Assembly (NCBI GenBank): GCA_934167825.1 | Contig: CAKPLY010000001.1 | Coordinates: 5,508-69,507, forward strand | DNA: 64,000 nt | Direction of reading: 5' to 3' | DNA from: an uncultured Bacilli bacterium | GTDB lineage: Bacteria; Bacillota_I; Bacilli_A; RF39; UBA660 | Shown: one piece after another, positions 10,902 through 19,895 of the stretch | How the letters are laid out: each line of letters opens with the position of its first letter | Position numbering within the stretch: position 1 is the first letter of the stretch | The notes under the pieces: generated by a model | What the model was told of the DNA's origin: nothing | What the model saw: only the letters and a program-made list of their open reading frames with translations | The model's database searches: none | Translations under genes and position numbers: made by a program

Positions 10902-12674
10902 ATGATACAAAAAAGTATTTTAGATAAACTTAGTAAAGTACCTCATACACCAGGATGTTATCTTATGAAAAATAAAGATGGTGTAATAATATATGTTGGT
11001 AAGAGTAAGAATTTAAAGAATAGGTTAAGCTCTTACTTTCAAAGAACACATACTGGTAAGACTAAGAAGTTAGTGGAAGATATTTGTACTTTTGATTATA
11101 TAGTTACTAGTAGTGAGTTAGAGAGTTTACTTTTAGAAATAAATTTAATTAAGAAGTATGATCCTAAGTATAATATAATGCTAACAGATGATAAGAGTTA
11201 TCCATATATTGAACTTACTAATGATAAGATACCAAGACTATTAGTAGTTAGAAATCCTAAGATTAGTAAAAAGAATAACTTTATATTTGGACCATATCCT
11301 AATGTTACTTCTGCTAGAAAGACAGTGGAGTTATTAAATAGATTATATCCAATTAGAAAGTGTAAGAATATGGGTAAGGAAGTATGTTTGTATTATCATA
11401 TAAATGAATGTTTAGGATATTGTGTAAATAAAAATTTAGATAATGAAGTTAGTAAAATGAAAGAAGAGATTATATCTTTTTTAAATGGTAATGATAAGGT
11501 GGTTATAGATAATTTAAAGGAAAAGATGGAATATTATTCTAATAAATTAGATTTTGAGAAAGCTTTAGAATATAAGAATTTACTTAGTGATATATCTACT
11601 ACTCTTGAAAAGCAAAAAGTAGAGTTAGATGATAAGGTAAATAGGGATGTAATAGGGTATTTTTATAAAGATAATTATTTATCTATATCAATGCTTTTTA
11701 TTCGTGGAGGAAAATTACTTGATAAGAAGAGTGTGATATTTTCTTGTATTGAAGAGTATACTGAGGAATTATCTAATTATATATTTAAGTTTTATTATAA
11801 GCATGAGATTAGACCTAAAGAGGTATTGGTACGTGATATAGATAATAATTTATTTAATGAAGCATTTAATATTAAGTTTATAACTCCGGAGAAGGGTGCT
11901 AAGAAAAAGATGCTTGATCTTGCTTGCGATAATGCAAAGGTATTATATAATGAAAAGATTAGTTTAATGTTAGAACAAGAGGAGAGTTTAGATAATTCTA
12001 TGAAGGAACTTGCTAGTCTATTAGGATTAGATAAGGTAAGTAGAATAGAACTATTTGATAATTCAAATTTATTTGGTAGTTATAATGTATCTGGTATGGT
12101 TGTATTTATAAATGGTAGACCTTTGAAGAATGAATATAGAAAGTATAAGATAACTAATGATGTAAATGATGATTATGGTACAATGAGAGAGGTTATTTAT
12201 CGAAGATATTTTAAAGTGCTTATGGAAGGACTAGATAGACCTGATTTAATTTTAGTAGATGGAGGATTAGGACAGATAAATGTTTGTCTGGAAGTACTTA
12301 ATTCACTTAATTTAGATATACCTGTTGCAGGACTTAAAAAAGATGATAAACATAGTACTGATATGCTTTTAACTAGTAGTAAGGAAATACCACTTGATAA
12401 GAGAAGTCCTTTATTTTTACTTCTTACTAGAATGCAAGATGAAGTTCATAATTATACTATTAGTTATCATAAGAATATAAGAAGTAAAGGAACACTTGCA
12501 AGTATACTTGATAATATACCTAAGATTGGTGCGAAAAGAAAAGAAAAATTACTTAAGAAGTATAAAACTATTAGTGCGATGAAGAGTGCAAGTAATGAAG
12601 AATTAAGTGAGATATTACCTAAAAATATGATTGGTGATTTTAAAGAATACTTAAATAAGAATTATAATGATTAG
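10902..12674 (+). CDS. uvrC: excinuclease ABC subunit C
   Basis: GIY-YIG N-terminal domain (YLMKNKDGVIIYVGKSKNLKNRLSSYF), a UvrC central domain, and an RNase H-like/HhH C-terminus. Confidence 0.9.
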   Translation: MIQKSILDKLSKVPHTPGCYLMKNKDGVIIYVGKSKNLKNRLSSYFQRTHTGKTKKLVEDICTFDYIVTSSELESLLLEINLIKKYDPKYNIMLTDDKSYPYIELTNDKIPRLLVVRNPKISKKNNFIFGPYPNVTSARKTVELLNRLYPIRKCKNMGKEVCLYYHINECLGYCVNKNLDNEVSKMKEEIISFLNGNDKVVIDNLKEKMEYYSNKLDFEKALEYKNLLSDISTTLEKQKVELDDKVNRDVIGYFYKDNYLSISMLFIRGGKLLDKKSVIFSCIEEYTEELSNYIFKFYYKHEIRPKEVLVRDIDNNLFNEAFNIKFITPEKGAKKKMLDLACDNAKVLYNEKISLMLEQEESLDNSMKELASLLGLDKVSRIELFDNSNLFGSYNVSGMVVFINGRPLKNEYRKYKITNDVNDDYGTMREVIYRRYFKVLMEGLDRPDLILVDGGLGQINVCLEVLNSLNLDIPVAGLKKDDKHSTDMLLTSSKEIPLDKRSPLFLLLTRMQDEVHNYTISYHKNIRSKGTLASILDNIPKIGAKRKEKLLKKYKTISAMKSASNEELSEILPKNMIGDFKEYLNKNYND

Positions 12675-12773
12675 CTAAAATATTAGTTTTTTAAAAGTAA
12701 TTATAAAATTAAGATAAATATGTAGATTATAATTATTAAATGTGATAGAATATTTATAGAAGAGAGTGGTTAT

Positions 12774-13031
12774 ATGGATGGATATAAGAGTACAAAAGAA
12801 TTATTTGATAGTTTGATTCCAGCATTTAATGTTAAACTTAGGTTGATAGGAAAAGAATATTACTATATAACAAGAACTGATATATGGAATTATCTTAAGA
12901 TTAATAAGTGGGTATATGCGAATAATTTGCAGGTTAGTGATATGGTTGATGATATAATGATGGTAGATATAGATAAAGTAGATAAGTTTTTGAAAGAGCA
13001 TTTAAAAAAGAATGATAGAGATATGTTATAG
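12774..13031 (+). CDS. hypothetical small protein (85 aa)
   Basis: ORF with plausible codon usage; no recognisable motif. Confidence 0.35.
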   Translation: MDGYKSTKELFDSLIPAFNVKLRLIGKEYYYITRTDIWNYLKINKWVYANNLQVSDMVDDIMMVDIDKVDKFLKEHLKKNDRDML

Positions 13032-13126
13032 TTCATTGAAGATTTTTGACGTTTTGGTAAAAAATATTCAATGGAATTATTTGATAAGAATTTTTTAAGT
13101 TATATATAAGGAGTGAATGTTTAAAA

Positions 13127-13372
13127 ATGAATGAATTAAAAATAAATCGTATATATAAACACTTTAAAGGTAATTTATATTTAGTTGTAGATGTTGCAAT
13201 AAATAGTGAAACTGATGAAGAGATGGTAGTATATAGAGCATTATATGGAGATAATAAACTTTATGTTAGAAATAAGGATATGTTTTTAAGTGAAGTAGAC
13301 CATAAGAAATATCCAAATATAACAACTAAATATCGTTTTACATTGTGTGAGATAGAGAAGGAAGGATTGTAG
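13127..13372 (+). CDS. DUF1653-family small protein
   Basis: YKHFKGNLYLVV...VVYRALYGD pattern typical of DUF1653. Confidence 0.45.
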   Translation: MNELKINRIYKHFKGNLYLVVDVAINSETDEEMVVYRALYGDNKLYVRNKDMFLSEVDHKKYPNITTKYRFTLCEIEKEGL

Positions 13373-13374
13373 GA

Positions 13375-15660
13375 ATGAATATTAAAATGATTATGATAAT
13401 ACTAAGTATTATATTTATACTTATGTTAATATTGTTAGTATTAGGTAAAAAGAAAAAGATTAAAGCACTTTATGGTACAATTATGTGTCTTATTGTAATG
13501 ACTATGGGGGTATTATATGCTCCTAAACTTATGGATAAGATAAATTATGGATTAGATTTACAAGGGGGCTTTGAGGTATTGTATGAGGTTAGCCCTATAA
13601 CTGGTGAGTTAGACAAGGATATGGTATATAATACTTATAAGGCTTTACTTAAAAGAATAGATATATTAGGGGTTAGTGAACCTGAAATATTAATTGAAGG
13701 GGATAATAAGATAAGAGTTAGACTTGCTGGGGTAACTAATAAGGAAGAAGCAAAAAATATTTTATCTTCCACTGCGGTACTTACTTTTAGGGATACATCA
13801 AATAATGTTTTACTTACTTCAAGTGTATTATCTGGTAATGCTAAAGTATCAATGAATAATACTGGTAAGTATGTAATTAGTCTTCCTATTAAAGATACAT
13901 CAGCATTCTATAATGCTACTAAAAAAGTTAAAGATATGATGGATAATAGGATGGTTATATGGTTAGATTTTGAAGAGGGAAAAGATAACTTTAGAACTGA
14001 AGAAAAAAATTGTGGTAAAGATAATTCACATTGTTTAAGTGCGCCATATGTTAATGAAGCTTTTGCTAGTGATGTAGTAATTGAGGGTAACTTTACTAAA
14101 GAGTCTGCGACTAAGTTAGTAGAACTTATAAATTCTGGAGCACTTCCTACAAAACTTACAGAGTTATCTAGTAGAACAGTTCCAGCATCATTTGGTAGTA
14201 CTGCGCTTAATAAAACACTTTTTGCAGGTGTTTTAGGAATTATATTTGTACTTGTTATAATGATTATAAGATATAGATTTTCTGGACTTATTGCCTCTTT
14301 ATCACTTACTATTTATACAATAGGAAGCATGTATATATTTTATTTAATCGATGGAGTACTTACACTTCCTGGTATTGCTGCAATGCTTTTAGGTATTGGT
14401 ATGGCAGTGGATGCTACAATTATATGTTATGAAAGAATTAAAGAACAATTACGTATGGGAAGTACGTTATCTAAAGCGTATGATATTGGTAATAAGACAT
14501 CACTTTCTAGTATAATAGATTCTAATATTACTACGATAATAGTAGCAGTAATACTATTTATATTTGGTCAAAGTTCTGTTAAGGGATTTGCTACTATGTT
14601 AATTATTAATATACTTGCAACTATACTTATAATGGTATTTTTAAATAGATATATATTAAAATTATTTGTAAAAACTACATATTTTTCTAATAAACCTAAT
14701 TTATTTATTGGACTATCTAAGAGTAAAATTAAAGAAAGTAAGGAACTTGATATTCCATTTAAGAAGATTAATTTTATTAAGGCAGGTAGGGTTTATTCTA
14801 TTATTGTACTTGTAGTTTTAGTTCTTGCTGGTGTTACTACATATTTTACTAAGTTTAATTTAGGAGTAGATTTTACTGGTGGAACAAGTATAGAAATAGA
14901 TGGTAATGTAGATTTAACTAAAGATCTAGAAGAACTTAATTATACTTTAAAGGATAAGACTAATAATACATATACAATCGATGAAGTATTAGATAATGAT
15001 AGTATTACTAGTTTAAATAATAGTATTAAAGATAAATATAAGGTAGATGCAAATATTTATGTTGTTAGTGATGTAGTAAAGAAAGAATTAGTTAAGAATG
15101 CTGTTTATTCACTTATCTTGTCTTCGATAGCAATAGTTATATATGTAAGTATAAGATTTAAATTTAATTATGCTATTAGTGGTATTGTGGCACTTATTCA
15201 TGATATAGTACTTACAATATTATTCTTTGGAGTATTTAAAATAGAGATTGATTCGGTATTTATAGCTGCTATTCTTACTATTATTGGATATTCTATAAAT
15301 GATACTATTGTTACATTTGATATGATAAGAGAGATGTTAAAGAATAAGAAAGAGATTAAGAATATTAATGAATTAGATGAAGTAATTAATAATAGTATTA
15401 AGAGGGTATTTTCTAGAACTATATTAACTACTGTTACTACTATTGTTCCTGTAATATGTTTAATGATATTTGGAGCAAAAGAAATATTAAACTTTAATAT
15501 AGCTTTATTGGTAGGATTTATTCTTGGTGTATTATCTAGTATATTTATATCTAATTATTTATTTAGAAATTTAGAGTATAAGTCTATTACTAGACCTAAG
15601 AATGATGATGACGATGATGATGAATTAAAAGAGTATAAAGTAAGAGGAATTAATTGTTAG
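13375..15660 (+). CDS. secDF: protein translocase subunit SecDF (fused)
   Basis: SecD periplasmic domain plus two 6-TM SecD/SecF modules (LDLQGGFEVLYEV; GVDFTGGTSIEIDG). Confidence 0.85.
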   Translation: MNIKMIMIILSIIFILMLILLVLGKKKKIKALYGTIMCLIVMTMGVLYAPKLMDKINYGLDLQGGFEVLYEVSPITGELDKDMVYNTYKALLKRIDILGVSEPEILIEGDNKIRVRLAGVTNKEEAKNILSSTAVLTFRDTSNNVLLTSSVLSGNAKVSMNNTGKYVISLPIKDTSAFYNATKKVKDMMDNRMVIWLDFEEGKDNFRTEEKNCGKDNSHCLSAPYVNEAFASDVVIEGNFTKESATKLVELINSGALPTKLTELSSRTVPASFGSTALNKTLFAGVLGIIFVLVIMIIRYRFSGLIASLSLTIYTIGSMYIFYLIDGVLTLPGIAAMLLGIGMAVDATIICYERIKEQLRMGSTLSKAYDIGNKTSLSSIIDSNITTIIVAVILFIFGQSSVKGFATMLIINILATILIMVFLNRYILKLFVKTTYFSNKPNLFIGLSKSKIKESKELDIPFKKINFIKAGRVYSIIVLVVLVLAGVTTYFTKFNLGVDFTGGTSIEIDGNVDLTKDLEELNYTLKDKTNNTYTIDEVLDNDSITSLNNSIKDKYKVDANIYVVSDVVKKELVKNAVYSLILSSIAIVIYVSIRFKFNYAISGIVALIHDIVLTILFFGVFKIEIDSVFIAAILTIIGYSINDTIVTFDMIREMLKNKKEIKNINELDEVINNSIKRVFSRTILTTVTTIVPVICLMIFGAKEILNFNIALLVGFILGVLSSIFISNYLFRNLEYKSITRPKNDDDDDDELKEYKVRGINC

Positions 15661-15724
15661 TTCTTCTTTTTTTATGATTATTGTAGTATACTATATATAA
15701 ATAAAAATTGTTGGAGGAGTTTAT

Positions 15725-16210
15725 ATGAAAATAATTGAATATCAAGATAAGTATTTAGATATGGTTAAAGATTTATTGGTGGAGTTAGAAGAACATATAC
15801 TTTCTATTGATAAAGATAAGTTGGATCAATTACATTCATTATATAGAGATAAGATGGCTATATTAGATTTAGAAGAAGTAAATAAAAATAGTGGTAAGTG
15901 TTATTTAGCAGTAGAAGATAATATGGTACTTGGAGTAATTATGGGTATTATAATACCTTATGAAGAATATGACTATTTAGATTATAAATGTCCTAAAAGT
16001 GGAGAAGTAACTGAGTTAGTAGTTGCAAAAACTGCAAGAGGTAAAGGCGTAGGTAATAAGTTAATGAATAAAATGGAAGAATATTTTAAAAGTGTTAACT
16101 GTGAATATGTATTTATTGATGTTTTTGCATATAATGATGGTGCAATTAAATTCTATAGTAATTTAGGATATCATCCTAGAATGTATAGAGATGTCAAAAA
16201 GTTAAAGTAA
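15725..16210 (+). CDS. GNAT-family N-acetyltransferase
   Basis: Acetyl-CoA motif A region ARGKGVGNKLMNKME. Confidence 0.55.
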   Translation: MKIIEYQDKYLDMVKDLLVELEEHILSIDKDKLDQLHSLYRDKMAILDLEEVNKNSGKCYLAVEDNMVLGVIMGIIIPYEEYDYLDYKCPKSGEVTELVVAKTARGKGVGNKLMNKMEEYFKSVNCEYVFIDVFAYNDGAIKFYSNLGYHPRMYRDVKKLK

Positions 16211-16212
16211 GA

Positions 16213-16245
16213 AAAATTCTAGTATTTTTTGCTAGATTTTTTTTG
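16213..16245 (+). terminator. intrinsic terminator after GNAT gene
   Basis: The stem tctag..ctaga is followed by T8. Confidence 0.6.
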
Positions 16246-16334
16246 CTAACATTTTTACCAAACAAATGTTTGAAAATTGTTGACGTAGATATGTTACTAT
16301 GATAGAATTGACTTATGCTTGAAACAAATGCTGT

Positions 16335-16589
16335 ATGCGTGGAAAAAAAGAAGGTAGCCAACTGACTACAATTTGTAGTCAGTTGAAAATGCTTGCACCA
16401 GATGGAAAAATTAGACTAAGTGATGCAATGAATACTAAAAATATATTTAGACTTATTGAGTCTGTGCCTAGTCCTAAGGCTGAGCCTATGAAACTTTGGT
16501 TAGCAAATCTTGGTAAAGAAAGAATTGATGAAGTAAAGGAGGTATATAATGAAAGAAAGGAAATTAGAAACAATTTTAAATTTATTTGA
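16335..16589 (+). pseudogene. truncated tandem duplicate of the distal half of the Bro-N domain of the downstream gene
   Basis: LKMLAPDGKIRLSDA..FRLIESVPSPKAEPMKLWLANLGKERIDEV parallels residues about 70-125 of the 16549-17400 product; it lacks the N-terminal half. Confidence 0.5.
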
Positions 16590-17400
16590 AGGAAAAGAAA
16601 TAAGAAGTACATGGAATAGTGAAGAGGAAGAATACTATTTTAGTGTAGTTGATGTTATTGGAGCATTAACGGAAAGTTCTAGAGCAAGAAAGTATTGGAA
16701 TGATTTAAAATTTAGATTAACTAATGAAGGAAGTGAGTTGTCCGATAAAATCGGACAACTGAAAATGCAATCTGAAGATGGCAAGTATTACAATACAGAT
16801 GTATTAGATACTAAAGGAATTCTAAGACTTGTACAAAGCGTACCTAGTAAAAAAGCGGAACCATTTAAACTTTGGTTAGCAAATCTTGGTAAAGAAAGAA
16901 TTGATGAAGTATTTGATCCTGAGGTTGCTATTAATCGTGCAGTAGATTACTATAAAAAAAGAGGATATACTAATGAATGGATTAAAGCAAGATTAGATGG
17001 TATTGTTGATAGAAAGAAATTAACAGATGTATGGAAAGATAATGGTATTACATCTAATTATGAATATGGAATATTAACAAATGAAATATATAAAGAATGG
17101 TCAGGTATGAGTGCTAATGAATATAAGGCTTATAAAGGGTTAAGGAAAGAATCTTTAAGAGATAATATGACTGATGTAGAAGTTGCTTTAACAAATCTTG
17201 GAGAAATAGCAACTAGAGAACTTGCTAAAAAGCATAAACCATACGGGTTAAAACAAAATAAAAAAATTGCAAAGATGGGTGGTAATACTGCTAAGGTTGC
17301 AAGAATGGATTTAGAAAATAAGTTAAATGAATCAGTAATAACAAGTGATAATAAATTAGATTATAAATATTTAGATAATGCTAAAATAGAAAATAAATAA
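16549..17400 (+). CDS. Bro-N domain protein (DinD / phage antirepressor-like)
   Basis: N-terminal Bro-N motifs (FSVVDVIGAL.., ILRLVQSVPSKKAEPFKLWLA); 283 aa, close to the length of DinD. Confidence 0.6.
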   Translation: MKERKLETILNLFEGKEIRSTWNSEEEEYYFSVVDVIGALTESSRARKYWNDLKFRLTNEGSELSDKIGQLKMQSEDGKYYNTDVLDTKGILRLVQSVPSKKAEPFKLWLANLGKERIDEVFDPEVAINRAVDYYKKRGYTNEWIKARLDGIVDRKKLTDVWKDNGITSNYEYGILTNEIYKEWSGMSANEYKAYKGLRKESLRDNMTDVEVALTNLGEIATRELAKKHKPYGLKQNKKIAKMGGNTAKVARMDLENKLNESVITSDNKLDYKYLDNAKIENK

Positions 17401-17425
17401 TTTATGAATAATTTTTTCGTAGTAC

Positions 17426-17454
17426 TTGAAAATCATAAAAAATTATGATATTAT
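17426..17454 (+). promoter_or_regulatory. sigma-A promoter TTGAAA-17-TATTAT driving the leader ORF and surface-protein paralog 1
   Basis: Hexamers and 17-bp spacer seen directly. The region is near-identical to 61822-61850. Confidence 0.6.
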
Positions 17455-17528
17455 TTAGATGTATGTTAAAGATATGTGAATTAAAAAGATCCCAAATAAT
17501 TCGCAAATTTTAGAAAGGAGCCATCACT

Positions 17529-17594
17529 ATGAATAGAATAAATTTTGTAATTTATAACATTTATGCTATCGGGGGGGGGGCAATTAACATCTAA
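17529..17594 (+). CDS. 21-codon leader ORF (MNRINFVIYNIYAIGGGAINI) containing a G10 homopolymer (17571-17580)
   Basis: SD AGGAG 8 nt upstream. Conserved at 61909-61974 with an identical G10 tract and C-terminal half. Confidence 0.55.
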   Translation: MNRINFVIYNIYAIGGGAINI

Positions 17595-17618
17595 TAACAA
17601 TATAATAATTGAAAGTAA

Positions 17619-17669
17619 AACTATAGATAAAATATCTAGAAATAGATAATTTTTGTCTATAGTTTTTTC
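17619..17669 (+). terminator. intrinsic terminator between leader ORF and paralog 1 (long stem with inner UAUCUA-GAAA-UAGAUA hairpin, then T6)
   Basis: Outer arm ctatagataaaa pairs with ttttgtctatag (one G-U wobble). GAAA tetraloop. Followed by a U-run. Confidence 0.65.
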
Positions 17670-17693
17670 ATGTGTAAAAAGGAGTTTTAAAAA

Positions 17694-19796
17694 ATGAAAA
17701 GAGTAGTAAATTTTGTAGACAAGAAAGAATTAATAATAATAACAATACTTACATTTTTAATTGCACTAACAGGACTATTCGCAACGTATGCAATAGATAC
17801 TAGTTTAAGTTATAATGATACCACAGAGTATGATATGTCACTTAGTTTTGATTTATCAGCATCTACAAATAAACAAGTAACAATACCTGCAGGTAAAACA
17901 AAATTTTTTGATATAGATGTTAAAAATAGTAACAGTGGTACAATACAATATGGTATTGCATACTCTATGGTTACACCTTCAACATTACCTAATGGAGTAA
18001 CCATTGCTAAGTCTTGGAAAAGTGCAAATCCTCCAACTGGATTAATTAATGCAAACGCTACTTTGCCAGTAACAATAGCAGTAGAAAACACATCATCTAC
18101 AGATATTACAATATCTTTATCTATAATAAATGGATATGAAAAAGGTGGAGATTTAATTTTACCTAGCGGTAAAACTTTGATAACTGGTGAATTTGATGCA
18201 ACACCACCTGTAGAACCAAATGCGCCAGCATTAACAGATGCATTAATACCAATATTATATGAAAGAGATAGTATAATAATGAAAGCAGATTCAAAGGGAG
18301 ATGGAGTTACTGCTACCTGTGATAACTTAGGGGACTTAAATTTTGATGGAAGAATTGATGATAAAGATGTAAGTGCATTTTTGCCTGTTTTTCGAGACGG
18401 TTTTACTTTTCCTAATGTTGTAAAAGTATGTGCAGATGTTGATGGTGATGGTTTTGTTACAGAGGATGATATGAGGTTAATTAAAAATTATTATTATGGA
18501 GATGTGACTACTTTTCCAAAGGGTGAGCCATTGAGTACAGTAACTGGAACTGTATATATTACACCATGGTATGATTATGATAATAAACAATGGGCAAATG
18601 CAGTACTTGTAAGTGAGGCAAATAGACAGAAATATATATCCGCTGAACCTGGAACTGAAATTGCCGAAGAAGATATCCTAGCATTCTATGTATGGATACC
18701 AAGATACAAATATAAAGTATGGAATATAAATAAAGTAATAGGAACACAAAGTTATAACGCAGAAACTGCTGGTATAGATATAGTTTTTGAGGAAGGTACA
18801 AATTCTACTGGTACAATTAGTTGTACATATAGTTATGCAGCACCATCAAGTACCGCGGGAAGTCCAAACGAAACATGTACAGGAAGTAATGGGGACTATT
18901 ACACTCATCCAGCATTTACCTTTGGTAATCAAGAACTAACAGGATTTTGGATGGGAAAATTTGAACTATCAAGTAGTAATCCTACGACAGGTACTTCATA
19001 TGGTGGAGGAGAAACTACAACACTAACACCAAGAATATTACCAAATGTAACATCATGGAGATATAATACAGTATCTAACTATTGGAAAGTAATATATGAT
19101 ATGCAAACAAGTAATAATATATATGGACTTCCAACATCAAGAACAAATACTGATTCACATATGCTTACTAATATGGAGTGGGGAGCAGTAGCATATCTAA
19201 CTAATTCTAAATATGGAAGATGTACAAATGGAAGTTGTACAGAGGTATCAATGAATGGTTACGGAGAATATAGTAGATCTACAACTATGACAGGATGTGG
19301 TCCAATATCAAGTGGAAGTACAAGTTATGGAACAACATGTAATGCATATAATACAGAATTAGGGCAATTAGCTTCTACAACAGGTAATATTACGGGAGTA
19401 TATGATATGTCAGGAGGAGCATATGACTGTGTAATGGGTAATATGTCAAGGTGGAATGGAACATCATATACATATTATGAAAGAAGTGCGGGAACTAACT
19501 TTACATATAGTACAAATACTGCAAAATACCTAATACCATATGCATATGGAACAACAAGTAATAATCAAACAGCATATAATAGAGGAAGACTAGGAGATGC
19601 AACTGGTGAAATAGTAACATCTTCAGGTAATGGTTGGTATAATGACTTCGCAGGTTTTCCTAACACTGCCGGTTCTTGGTTTCGTCGCGGCGACGATTTC
19701 GCCGGTAGTAATGATGGTCTCTTCTGTTTCCTCAGCGGTGATGGCGCTAGTGACAGCAATTCTTCGGGGCGCGCCGTTTTATCCATAGCAACTTAG
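17694..19796 (+). CDS. large secreted/surface protein paralog 1: N-terminal signal anchor, internal dockerin type I repeat pair, C-terminal about 400-aa domain shared with paralog 2
   Basis: Hydrophobic N-terminus. Dockerin repeats DLNFDGRIDDKDVSAFL / DVDGDGFVTEDDMRLIKNYYYG. About 70% identity to the 62072-63955 product over the shared parts. Confidence 0.7.
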   Translation: MKRVVNFVDKKELIIITILTFLIALTGLFATYAIDTSLSYNDTTEYDMSLSFDLSASTNKQVTIPAGKTKFFDIDVKNSNSGTIQYGIAYSMVTPSTLPNGVTIAKSWKSANPPTGLINANATLPVTIAVENTSSTDITISLSIINGYEKGGDLILPSGKTLITGEFDATPPVEPNAPALTDALIPILYERDSIIMKADSKGDGVTATCDNLGDLNFDGRIDDKDVSAFLPVFRDGFTFPNVVKVCADVDGDGFVTEDDMRLIKNYYYGDVTTFPKGEPLSTVTGTVYITPWYDYDNKQWANAVLVSEANRQKYISAEPGTEIAEEDILAFYVWIPRYKYKVWNINKVIGTQSYNAETAGIDIVFEEGTNSTGTISCTYSYAAPSSTAGSPNETCTGSNGDYYTHPAFTFGNQELTGFWMGKFELSSSNPTTGTSYGGGETTTLTPRILPNVTSWRYNTVSNYWKVIYDMQTSNNIYGLPTSRTNTDSHMLTNMEWGAVAYLTNSKYGRCTNGSCTEVSMNGYGEYSRSTTMTGCGPISSGSTSYGTTCNAYNTELGQLASTTGNITGVYDMSGGAYDCVMGNMSRWNGTSYTYYERSAGTNFTYSTNTAKYLIPYAYGTTSNNQTAYNRGRLGDATGEIVTSSGNGWYNDFAGFPNTAGSWFRRGDDFAGSNDGLFCFLSGDGASDSNSSGRAVLSIAT

Positions 19797-19895
19797 TCAC
19801 TTAAGTATATAAAATTAATACTAGTAGATTAATTATACAATACTTATAGTTGATAATATCTACTAGTTTTGTTATACTTATATAGAGGTTATGTT

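Noticed and set aside
17571-17580. G10 homopolymer as a possible sequencing or assembly artefact
   Set aside because: The identical tract occurs a second time at 61951-61960 in an independently located, partly diverged copy of the same control region, and both are in-frame within an SD-preceded ORF. I treat it as real.
17810-18091. Antisense ORFs inside the surface-protein paralogs (also 18559-18801, 19565-19786, 62188-62487)
   Set aside because: They are embedded opposite long, well-supported CDSs with no SD. The 19565-19786 ORF is simply a by-product of the GC-rich tail.
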